Below are positions 1-11,810 of a stretch of DNA of 64,000 nucleotides, in pieces. A program made the translations under genes and the position numbers. Source of the DNA: the human T2T-CHM13v2.0 reference genome, Homo sapiens. Within the stretch, counting starts at the first letter, position 1, and each line of letters begins with the position of its first letter. The notes below the pieces were generated by a model. The model had not been told where the DNA came from. It made no database searches and worked only from the letters and a program-made list of their open reading frames with translations. The stretch lies in the NCBI RefSeq assembly GCF_009914755.1, contig NC_060933.1; one strand, written 5' to 3'.

Positions 1-424
1 CTTTGTATGCACATGGTTTTCTCTAACTGAGATCCCTTCCTTAGTCCCCGACCCCACCACATATTTCTACTCCTCCTCTAACAGTTCAGTCATTTGACCC
101 TCCTGAAACTTTTCTTGATTACCTCATGCAAACTTGGGTATGATTTCCACTATGCCTTCATTTGACCTTGTCTGGAGCTCCATTATAACAATTAACAAAT
201 TATTTTATATAACCATAAACTCCATGAGGACAAGAATAGAGTCTTTGAATCCAGGGTCTCTCAGAGATCTAGAGAGAAATTGACCTCTTTCATTTAATAT
301 ATGAAATTCTTCATATATTGAAAATGATTGAAATCCAAACCACTATTATAATAATTTTAGTATATTTTAAATATTTGCCTTAACAAATTAATTTTAATAC
401 TGTAATGATTGTACTTAGGACAGA

Positions 425-990
425 AACAACATAATCATCTCAGTGGATGCAGAAAACACATTTGACAAGTTTATGATAAAAACACTCAACTAGGAATAGC
501 ATCTAACTTCCTCAACCTGACAAAGGGCATCTACAAAAAACCCACAGCTAACATCATTCTTAAGGTGAAAGATTGAAAACTTTCTCTCTAAGATCAGGAA
601 TAAAAGGAGGATGTTCATTCTCAACACTTCTATTCAATATTGTTCTGGAAATTCTAGTCATAACAATTAGGCAAGAAAAATAAAAGGTATCCAGATTGGA
701 AAGGAAGAAATATAACTATTGCTATATGCAGATGATATGGTCTTGTATATAGAAATCTTAAGGAATCCATAAAAACTATCATAACTAATAAACTAGTTCA
801 GTAAGATTGTGGGATACAAAATCAATGGGGACGGGCTTGCTTTTAGGAGTGATGAAAATATTTCAAAGTTAGATTGTGGTCAGAGTTGCATAACTGTGAA
901 CACACTAAAAACCACTGAATTGTATACATTAAAAAGGTGAATTTTATACTATCTGAATTACATGTTAATAAAGCTGTTAATTTAAAAATA
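425..990 (+). mobile_element. Old L1M fragment: ORF2 reverse-transcriptase segment joined directly to an L1M 3' end
   Basis: L1 ORF2-like text (aacttcctcaacctgacaaagggcatctac; cccacagctaacatcat; tatgcagatgat at 725-736, corresponding to the FADD motif), then from ~827 an L1M 3'-UTR terminus ending aataaagctgttaatttaaaaa. Confidence 0.85.
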
Positions 991-1104
991 TACTTATAAC
1001 TTTGAATGTAAGGATGAAGAGCTAAATTTGAAGTCCTTTGTAAGTATCAGGCTTGAGCCTAAGATCTTCCTGTCCCCCTTCCCCACAATTCGTGATAGGC
1101 TTTA

Positions 1105-1202
1105 TTTTCCACTATGCATTTCTGGTGCCTAACACAACGCCTGACAAATGGTATAAGCTCAGTAAATATTGGTAGAATGAATAGAGAATGAATGAATGAA
1201 TT
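1105..1202 (+). mobile_element. L2 3' end fragment
   Basis: gctcagtaaatattggtagaatgaat...gaatgaatgaa resembles the L2 terminus. Confidence 0.65.
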
Positions 1203-1501
1203 ACAGGGTTTGAACTGACATTAAGCCTAGCTCAGCAAATCTGTTACATTTCTTAGGTTGCTTTGCTTTCACAAAAGATCTGATTAATTTAGTAACATTC
1301 ACAGAGATTATAGCCTGGCACCCAGGATGAGTATGATTTTAGCCCTATGAACAAGTTTTAAAGAAGTACAGAAGACAGAGTGGTCAGTGCTGACTGGTTG
1401 ACTAGATAAAGCTCATACAAAAAAATCTGTGATCCAAGCTGAACATGATCTAAAGCATCTAAGTAGGAATTTTAAAAATCAAAATAAATATATAAAAATG
1501 G

Positions 1502-1803
1502 GCCAGGCATGGTGGCTCACACCTGTAATCAATGCTAGAACTTTGGGAGCCCAAGGCAGGAGGATCATTTAAGCTTAGGGTTTCGAGACTAGCCTGAGCA
1601 ACATAGTGAAACCTCGTCTCTACAAAAAAAATTTAAAAATTATCTGGGTGTGGTGGTGCACACCTGTAGTCCCAGCTACTTGGGAGGCGAGGTGGGAGGA
1701 TCATTTGAGCCTAGGAGGGTGAGGCTGCAGTGAGCTGTGATTATACCACTGCACTCTGGCCTGGGCAACAGAGGGAGACCCTATCTCAAGAAAAAAATAA
1801 AAA
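1502..1803 (+). mobile_element. Alu (AluJ-like)
   Basis: Dimeric Alu with A-rich linker and tail. Confidence 0.95.
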
Positions 1804-2212
1804 TAAGAATAATCACAAAATAAATTTAAATCACCTATAATCCCACTTTCCTATGCTTTCTGTTTACATGCATATATAAATTTTGCATGGATGTAATTGT
1901 AGCATTAAGATTATTTTATATTCTGCTTTAATTTAGTTCCTAAGCATTTATCCATGTTGCCACATAGATTTTATGATTTATAGCTTAGTGAATTCCATTC
2001 ACTTGTTGAAGCATCCTCACTAGTAGTCCTTTAACTTCAATAAAACTTCACTGATACTACATTCTTTTAAAAGTATACTTGCCTGATAAAACCCCAACCC
2101 TGAATGAATATAACCCCTTACCTTCTCCATGTCTGTACTCAAATAGCTCAGCTTTGCTGGAGAAAGTTGTACAGGCCAGCATATTTAGCATCACTCTAAA
2201 TTCATCATTACC

Positions 2213-2617
2213 AGCTGACAGCACTCCAGCGAACATGGTGAATGTTCCCCAAACCCACCAGACTTTCTGTAAGAAGTATCACAAGCACCAACTCCACAAA
2301 GTGACATAGTCCAAGAAGGGCAAGGATTCTCTGTGTGTCTAGGGAAAGCAGCATTATGACAGGAAGCACAGTGGCTATGGTGGGCAGAGTAAGCCGATTT
2401 TCCAGAAAAAAGCTAAAACTACAGAGAAGATTGTGCTAAGGCTTGAGTGTGTTGAGCTCAATTTCAGATCTGAGAAAATGTGGCTATTAAGAGATGCAAG
2501 CACTTTGAACTGGGAGGAGATAAGTGAAAAGGCCAAGTGATCCAGTTTTAAGTGTCATCTTTTGTTTTGTTATGAAGACAATAAAATCTTGAGTTTATGT
2601 TCCAAAAAATTTAAAAA
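2213..2617 (+). pseudogene. RPL36AP: Processed pseudogene of ribosomal protein RPL36A (eL42)
   Basis: ATG 2235 gives [24 protein letters not shown] (parent [25 protein letters not shown]); the similarity continues ...[17 protein letters not shown]...GQVIQF to TAA 2549-2551. Intronless, with premature TAG stops and small deletions, AATAAA 2580-2585, an A-rich tail and a perfect 16-bp TSD taaattcatcattacc (2197-2212 / 2618-2633). Confidence 0.96.
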
Positions 2618-3519
2618 TAAATTCATCATTACCGAAGTTAATATTGGCAGCAGTCTTACTATATTTCTCTAACAAGTATCCTACTCTACTCTTTGCAACA
2701 AATGTTTCATCCCTTCATTACTCTCTTCTACCTCTCACCCTCCCTGTTTCCTTCCCTATGCTGTTGGTAGTCTTGACTCATACCTCAGAAGGAAAAAGGA
2801 AGCCATCATATGTGAGCTCTCTTACTTCCTACCACCAATCTGCAAACGTGTCTACAGCCATCCTCTCCTCTCTAGTTGGAGGAAATATTCCACCTCCTAA
2901 CAAAAGCTAAGTAATCCCTCCCTGGCGCTCTGGATTGCATACCCTCCTACTTGATCACAATTGGTTGCTTACTCAGCAATGACTTCTCTATTCCTCCTTT
3001 GAAGCGTAACAGTTTGTTTAGATATCCACCTTCCTCCACACATGCCTGTGAATGTGAACATATCTCAGTGTAATGTTTGAGATGACTACTGGAGCCATGC
3101 TCTGACCTAAGGATGGCAGATTTAAATGACATGTTGAACCTCTGAATTCACTAACCTGGCAGTCACTGTGCCTCTGGTCTTCTTGATATGTGTGACAATG
3201 AATTTCCTCTGTTGTTTAAGCCACTCTGAGATTGTCGTCATCCATATGCAGAGAATATCATACCAAAATGGTATACTCTTTAAGCTATCCCAAATAAACC
3301 TATATTCCAAGTACAAACACTGTCATTGCTATACAAATGGAACTTTATGACAATTCCCTGATGCTACTCCATTCCCACCTATCCCTTTTAATCTGTTTGC
3401 TGCTCCTAAAATCAACCTATAGCGAAATTCTGGAGCCACTACAGCTTCTCAGGTATGTTATTCCATCATTTAACCTCTTTTCTTAATCTTTCACATCAGT
3501 GGGGACAAAAACAAAAGGA

Positions 3520-3740
3520 AAAGACAGAAAGAATACAAGTACATTTCCCAGAACTGAAGAATATGAGTCTACAAATTGAAAGAGTCCACTCAGCACCCAG
3601 CATAACAAATAGCACCAACATAACTTATCCCAGGGTCCTTCATCTTGAAAATTTGGAAAACCAAGGATATAGAGAAATTCCTAAATTAGTCTTTAAAAAA
3701 AAAAGTTAGAAAAATATCAGGAATCAGAATCAGAATGAGG
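3520..3740 (+). mobile_element. Old L1M ORF1-region fragment
   Basis: tttcccagaactgaagaatatgagtctacaaattgaaagagtccac; the translation HFPELKNMSLQIERVH resembles L1 ORF1p. Confidence 0.65.
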
Positions 3741-3747
3741 CTGGGCA

Positions 3748-3928
3748 CAGTGGCTCTCACCTATAATCTCAGCACTTTGGGAGGCTAAGGCCGGATCACT
3801 TGAAGCTAAGAGTTCAAGACCCTCGTCTCTTCAAAAAAAAATTAAAAATTAGCCAAGTGTGATGGTGCATACCTGTAGTCCCAGCTACTCAGGATGCTGA
3901 GGCAGGAGGATCACTTGAGCCCCGGAGG
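3748..3928 (+). mobile_element. Truncated, internally deleted Alu
   Basis: Partial left and right Alu arms, no tail. Confidence 0.85.
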
Positions 3929-4439
3929 CACACCACCTTGTCCAGAGAAACTTTTCTAAAGCAGAAGCTGTGGAACTTAGGGAGGGTCACATGGTGTACA
4001 TGTCTGGAAATAATTAGATCTTTTAAGGAGAATCTTGTCAGCCCATGAGTTTACATGGAAGACTTGCTTCTACTGTGTTCTGGTGACAGTGAGCAATTCA
4101 AGTAGACCTGTACCTACCCGTGTTCATTGGGCAGGAAATTCTTGATTTACAGTTAACATAAATTCACTCTAACCTCCTTTCTATATATTTTCCCGAGATG
4201 TTGCCTAGGTTAGAGCTGCTTTACTTTACAACTTACAGGGGGACAAAGAACAAAGCCGTGAAGAAAAGTTAAAGAATTTGAGGTAGTATTCCTATTGAAA
4301 AGAAAACACTGGCTATGACCATGACATGGTTCCCTGTTGTAAACTGGTAAATTGAACGGTAGTACAGTCTCAAAAAGGCAATAGGAGGGATTCAGGTTAA
4401 AGAAAAGAGGAGATTCCTGATTCACATTTATTATAGTTG

Positions 4440-4630
4440 TCATTTATTGAGCCCTGCCTAAATACCAGTCCCTGTCCTAGATGTCTTATATATCTTCTCT
4501 GTAACTCCTACCACCACCCTGTAGGAAGGTATTATCCCCATTTTAAAATGAAACAGAGGCTGAGGGGAATCAAATAACTTGCCAGCTGCTACAGAATTAG
4601 TCCTGAAGAGCAGAGTTCTATACCTACCTT
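4440..4630 (-). mobile_element. MIR
   Basis: catttattgag...tattatccccattttaaaatgaaacagaggctgagg, the MIR core in antisense. Confidence 0.75.
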
Positions 4631-4898
4631 TTCTTAGCTCTTTACATTGACCAGAAAGAAACAAAAATGAATGGCCTGATGCTGAAAAGAGCAAATCAGG
4701 GTTCTATTTCTCCAGTGTAATGGACAGTAGTTTGTTAATTGAAGTGAGTTCCTATGCCTTAAATAAAAATATGTAATATAAAAATAGGTACTGAATTCCC
4801 ACAAAATGAATGGGAATAAAAGTGGAGCTTAACCAAGAGTATGTTATTGATGGATTCCGGTGACTTTTCAAGAGTTTTCAATTCAGGCATAAGTAATT

Positions 4899-5030
4899 GG
4901 CTGGGCATATGGTGGCTCACACCTGTAATTCCAGAACTTTGGGAGGCCGAGGTGGGAGGATTGCTTGAGCCCGGGAGTTCAAGACCAGCTTTGCCAACAT
5001 AGTGAGACCCCGTCTCTACAATAAAAATTT
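4899..5030 (+). mobile_element. Alu left monomer (FLAM)
   Basis: Single left arm followed by an A-rich tail. Confidence 0.85.
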
Positions 5031-6569
5031 TTAAAGAGAAAACAGATAATTTTAATTGCCAATACAGTGTAAACTGGACCCTGATTAATAAATATGCTAA
5101 TTGGCCTCCCTGGATGGAGCTGGCTTTCATGATTTAACTATCTTTCCTTTGAATGCAGCACATTCCAAAGGCCTACTTAATCGAGTATACAGTCATAGTT
5201 ATTTATTTGTTTAGTCTCCCTGGGTGAACTATAAACTCCATGAAGGCAGGCATCAGGTTTTTTTCTTTCACACACTACAGTGTCTGGCACTTTGGAGGTA
5301 CTCAGTTAAGATTTATTGAGTAATTCCTTTAGTCCTTGGGTGAGACTTTGGCATTTAAGGTTCTCAGGGCCGCAGATTCCTTCAAACGTTTGCCCAAAGC
5401 AGAGAAGGAAACTCTTCTAGAGCACTGTTGTGTATTACTGGGTTGGGCTGTTAGATTTCCCAGGTCCTGCCTCCTTTGGGTGGGCCCCTAGGGCTTGATG
5501 CCAGATGGGCTGTGTTTTTGGCAAAGGGCTTGTTCTTATTCTGAGATTTTGACTATAAATGGACTATGCTATTTGCTGTCCCCACTGAACCCAGTGGGGA
5601 AGCAGCCGACAATGGGAGCACAGAGTTACTACTTTTTCTGCTGGAACCTCCCAACATCTACCCAGAGATAGCTCCAGTATAGGTTGGCCAAGCAGGAAAT
5701 TCCAAACACTTTTCCTGAAACTCCAAACAGCTTGAGGAGTCTCTTCAGATGGAGTTGGAAAAGCTCCCAGCGAGCAGAGCTGGGTCTTATGTAACTTTAT
5801 AGACTGCCCTTTTTAGTGTAACTTTATAGCACTGCCCTCAGCTAGTGCTGGACTTTTGAAACATATCCTGCATTCTTTCCTAGCTACTCAGCAGTCCCTA
5901 TTGGAAGCAGCTAATAGGACAGAGTTGAAGACTGTGAGGTTAAAGGGGGAGAAAAGGAGGGCAGGATGTCTGTCATTCTGTCTGGAACCTGCTGTTCTTG
6001 GTCCCCTGCTGTGGCTCCCACTGGCAGTAGAGGGAGCGCATTGCCAGATATGAAGGAAACTCATACTTGAGTATGAGTATGGTATGAAGAGAGGAGCTGT
6101 CGCAAGGATACTCCCCCTGCATATTCCAGAAGCCCATCACTGGATTCCCTAGATCCATTTCAGTACCCCACATCCCAAAAAGGAGGACTAGAACTAAGTA
6201 TGTGTAAATATGTCCACATCTGTAATGAGCCAAATTCTGCTCTGAAGAAATGTTTCCAGTTTATTTGGTGAAGATTTCAGTTCCTCGAACTTAGTTCAAC
6301 TCAGTAAACATTTTAATCATCTACCCCATGCCAGACTTTAGGCTAGGTTCAGTGACTACAAAGATGAAGATAGCCTCTGTCCTTAGCATGCAATCAAGAA
6401 GGAAATAGAAAGTGTATATAAATGGTTATAATATACTTTCTTGCTTTATAATCCTTAGTGCTTTTTGTAATTCTTCTATTTTTAACTCTCCTAAAAGATA
6501 TATATCAGGTTTATGTTATCTACCTGTAAACTAATGTGCTAATTCAAGATAAAAATATAGGAAAATCTC

Positions 6570-6983
<414 letters not shown>

Positions 6984-7860
6984 TCAAGCTAATATAAGGC
7001 ATTTTAGAACTTTGAATATAATTTGAATCTTTTAAAACAACATTTAGCTTTCTCAATGAATTATAATTTGCCCTATGCATGCCTGTAGCTTTTATTTCTT
7101 CTCTGAATTAAGGTATTAGGCATTTAGTGGGCACTCATTAGATACCTGTTCTCCCAGTACAGGTAGCTGTTCTCTTTGAGGCTGTAAGTGGGTAGTCCCT
7201 CATGTCTCCTGTGCTGATGTTTCATGAGGTCCAGGCTTTCAGGCCTGTGAGGATCCCAGATGGCCCAAAAGAGTCCCATCATCCCACTTATTGCCAGAAA
7301 ATACAGATGATCAAAAAGAAGATGTGTATGCATTTTTTTTAAATAAAAATGGGATCATACCATGAGTTATACTTTGTTTTCTGTTTTGTTTTGTTTTTCC
7401 TTCCTCCTCCCGTCCCTCTTTTATACATCAAGCAAAAGAGCACAGTTACTGTGGTACCAAACACACCTGGGTATGAAACTCAGCTCAGCCACTCCCCAAT
7501 TATAAAAACATGGACAATTTTTGTAAAACCTCTGGGCCCCTGGGAAATAATAACATTAAGTTTAACCTTATGAAATGGGCATTTTTGCAGGTTAAAAAAA
7601 ATGCATATTGACCATTTCACATCACCCTAACAGTTCCCTCCTTGTATAGTTTTGTCAGCATTAAATGAGATGATGCACATGCAGTTATAATGTCTGGCAG
7701 TGAGGTACTCACTAATGACTATAAATATTAATTGCTACTACTACTAGGATGACGATGATGATGACTGCTAAGAAGCAGAAGCACAAATCAAAGGGAACTG
7801 AAAGAGCAGCCATTCTTAGGTTTTCAACCATGGATTTTGGACTTGAGAATTATACTTTGT

Positions 7861-8213
<353 letters not shown>

Positions 8214-8345
8214 TGAGAGTTGTACTTTGTAAATTGCTTATTTAAAAGAAAAAAAAACTGTATCATGAGCATAGTTTCATCTTGACAACAATTCTGACAC
8301 ATCTTTTTGTGTTTTGTAGAATACTTCATTGCATGGATTGCATCA

Positions 8346-8618
<273 letters not shown>

Positions 8619-8729
8619 TTATGTGTCTTTATAATGTTATTTCTTTTAAATACGTTTTTATAGAAATAGACTAGAGAGTATGCTTATTTCAAATTTTGCT
8701 ACATACTGCTTGGCTGCTCTCTTGAAAAT

Positions 8730-9290
8730 TTCATTAATTCATTTGAAAATATTAATCTATGCATCCCAGACACTGCTAGGTTCTGAGTATACACCAACAA
8801 ATAATGGTAGACAGGGTTCCTGCCCCATGAAACTTGCTGTCTAGTGTTAGAAGCCAAATAAACAAGTATAAAACACAATATAGAGAAGTGCAAGGTGCTT
8901 TGAGAAAATACAACCAGTAGCCTGGGAAGGGCCATTGGATTTGGAATATTTTAGCTAAAAACCTAAAGGATGATTAGGAGTTAGACAAATGGAGGGGCAG
9001 TGTTCCAATCAGTACCGAGCTGATCCGAGTTGATAGTATGACTACAGGGCAAAAGATGAGAGTGAAGAGGTGATTTATCAAGGCTAGCATATACCTTTAG
9101 GGAATTTGGATTTTATGGAAAGCCTTCGAAGGGTTTTTAAGCATGAAAGTGATATAAATAGACTTCATTTGATGTCTATTAAGATGATTCTAGGAAGGGA
9201 AACCAGGTTAGAGGTTGATGTAGGAACTTAGATAAGTGATAAATATAGGTTGCTCTTTAGTAGCAGTAGGGATGGAGAATGTGGTAGGAT
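8730..9290 (-). mobile_element. L2 fragment
   Basis: Degenerate L2-like text (ccagacactgctaggttctgag...cctgccccatgaaactt...gggaatttggattttat). Confidence 0.6.
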
Positions 9291-9299
9291 GTATAAAGT

Positions 9300-9765
9300 A
9301 GCAATAGATATGAGTAACAGAAACCCAACACTGGTGACTTAAATAAGATGGAGGTTTTTTTCTCTCATCAGCAACGGAAGTACAGAGATAGATGGTCCTG
9401 GGCTAGTATGGCAGCTCCACAGTCATTAGAGACCCACACCCTTTCCAGTTTTTTGCTCGGCTATCTCTAGGCCATCCTTATGGCACAAGATGACCTACTA
9501 TAGTTCTAGTCATCACAGCTACCTTCCTAGCAGCAGGATGGAGGAAGAGATGAAGAAGGTTGCACCCTGTTCATCATAAAGAGACTACCCAGAAGTTGCA
9601 CACAACAATTCCACCATAACTCGGTCAAATGGCCACCCCTACTTGCAGGGGAGGGAGAAATGTGGAATTTTACTTGGGTAGCATTGTACCTAGCCGAATA
9701 TCAGGGTTCTGTTAATTTGAAAGATAAAGGGAGAATAAATATTTGATTGGCAACTAATAATCTGG
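9300..9765 (-). mobile_element. MLT1-type (ERVL-MaLR) solo LTR
   Basis: taacagaaaccc...gacttaaataag...ggcagctccacagtcatt...tggccacccctacttgcagggg...gattggcaacta resembles an old MLT1 LTR. Confidence 0.7.
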
Positions 9766-10391
9766 GACCTGGAAAAGTGGGGAACTAATTTAATTCAGCT
9801 AAATTGTTTACAAAATAACAGCTCACACAAAGATACACATATACCACTGTTGAAAAGAGACTTATTTGGCTACGAGGCAAAGATTTAACATTAAAAATCC
9901 CGTTTTCTTGTAAAGAGTAAACAAGTGTTAGCTCATGTATGTCTCCAGCTTTGGTAGGAATACAGCTGTATGCATTTGACCTGAATCACTACCATGTAAA
10001 AGTGTCATACTTGTGATTTTTAGTACCTTGTCATTCATTAATATTCAGAGTATAGAAAAAGGCAGACCAACAGATTGCTGCTATTTTTTTTTTCAAGCCC
10101 ACAGCTAACATCATCGATTGCTGCTATTTGAAACAAAGTCAAACAAGACCCAAATTAAGGGATTTGCTTATTGTTTTTCTCTATCAAGGATATTAGCTGT
10201 ATATTATAGTAGAAAGAGCAAGGGCTTTAGATTGAGTCAGACAAAAATTGCAAGCCCAACTTCTCTACTTTCTGGGTCTGTGATCTTAGATAAAGTTTAT
10301 CTCTGCAAGATCCTCAGTTTCCTCAACTGTAAAATAGAGATAATAATATCTACTTTGCACGGTTATCATGAGGATTAGAAATGCACTTATG

Positions 10392-10699
10392 GGCCAGACA
10401 CAGTGGTTCACACCTATAATTCCGACACTTTGGGAGGCTGAGGTGGGAGGATCACTTGAGGCCAGGAAGTTGGGAACAGCCTGGCCAACATGGGGAAACT
10501 CCATCTCTACTAAAAATTCAAAAATTAGCTGGGCATGGTGGCGCGCACCTCTAATCTCAGCTACTTGGGTAGCTGAGGCACAAGAATCACTTGAACCTGG
10601 GAGGCAGAGGTTGTAGTGAGCCGAGATTGCGCCACCACATTCCAGCCTGAGCGACACAGCGAGATTCTTGTCTCAAAAAAAAAAAAAAAAAAAAAAAAG
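10392..10699 (+). mobile_element. AluS-like element inserted in a MIR
   Basis: Full dimer with long A tail; TSD agaaatgc(a/g)cttatg; MIR sequence at ~10200-10390. Confidence 0.94.
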
Positions 10700-11459
10700 A
10701 GAAATGCGCTTATGACAAACATCTAGCATGGTGAGTAACATAGTAGATAATAAATAATTGCTAATAATATTAGAAGAATTACTCTTTAGCAATAAGTCAT
10801 TTGTTTCCTCTAGCTTCTGGTGTGTGGGGAGGTATAACTACAAAGATTCCTAACCATTTCTATATCATTCTTAGGATGCTTCTATAGCAGTTTGCCACCT
10901 GTTTACAGAACCTGTAACTATTTGTGATGGTGCCCAGATTAAAGTCAGCCCTAAATTTTTGCTCACCCCTACCCCCATGCCTCTCATCCATATTTACTGT
11001 GTCCAAATCCATCTGTCTATTGATAGTTTCCTTGCTATCCACAGCCATACCACATATAGAATGGGGAGTGAGTTCAGGCCTGAGCCAATTCAAGTGTGGA
11101 TTTGGAACTTGGGGGAAAGAAAAAAAAAGGCCTTGTAGGGGTATGGGATAGTATTAAGCAGAAACAGAAAGATAAAGATGGTTTATGGTTCATTCTACAC
11201 TCCAGAATGATAATGCAATAAGCTAAATTCTATAGATGGTTTTGAAGTGTTTTATGTGAGGGAAATTAGCCAGTCTGTCAGCTCCAATACAAATAACCTC
11301 AGGATTCTTCCTTCACATTCCTCAGTGACTCCTCAGAGGGGAGTTGCCTCTGAGAACCGTGTCAGCCCTGTGGAAAGAGGATCTCTAGGCAGGCCCACCA
11401 GGGTCAGAATTCTAAGATACAGACCTTGCATAGAGAGGCCTTTAAGGTCTAGAGTAGGA

Positions 11460-11810
11460 GTCAATCAGCAAATTATGGTCCCTGCCAGGGTGTTTTCATT
11501 CATAAGCTGAGAATGGCTTTTACATTTTTAAAGAGTTGTTGTTTGTTTTTTTAAAAGGGAATTGCTAAGAAAGTAAATTTCAAATATTCTCACCAAAAGA
11601 AGGTAAGTATTTGAGGCAATGGATATGTTAATTAGCTTAATTTAATTATTCCACATGATATTCATAAATCATAGTATCACTTCGTGATCCATAGATACAT
11701 ACAATTATAAATTGTAAATTTACAAGAAAAAAATTTTAAAAAGATGTGGCAGTACTATATGGCCCACAAAGCTGAAATATTTACAGAAAGAGTTTGCTGA
11801 TCCCTGATTT
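11460..11810. mobile_element. MER58-like hAT DNA transposon interrupted by an L1MA 3' end (~11560-11735)
   Basis: cagcaaattatggt...taagctgagaatggcttttacattttt and tggcccacaaagctgaaatatttac...agtttgctgatccctg flank an L1 terminus (ggatatgttaattagct...tattccac). Confidence 0.65.

Noticed and set aside
2079-2309. 76-aa ORF ending in RPL36A-like residues as a fusion microprotein
   Set aside because: Non-ATG start in flanking DNA and termination at a pseudogene nonsense codon
5579-5600. 9-bp-stem hairpin tccccactg-aacc-cagtgggga
   Set aside because: Short enough to arise by chance in 64 kb; no ncRNA context
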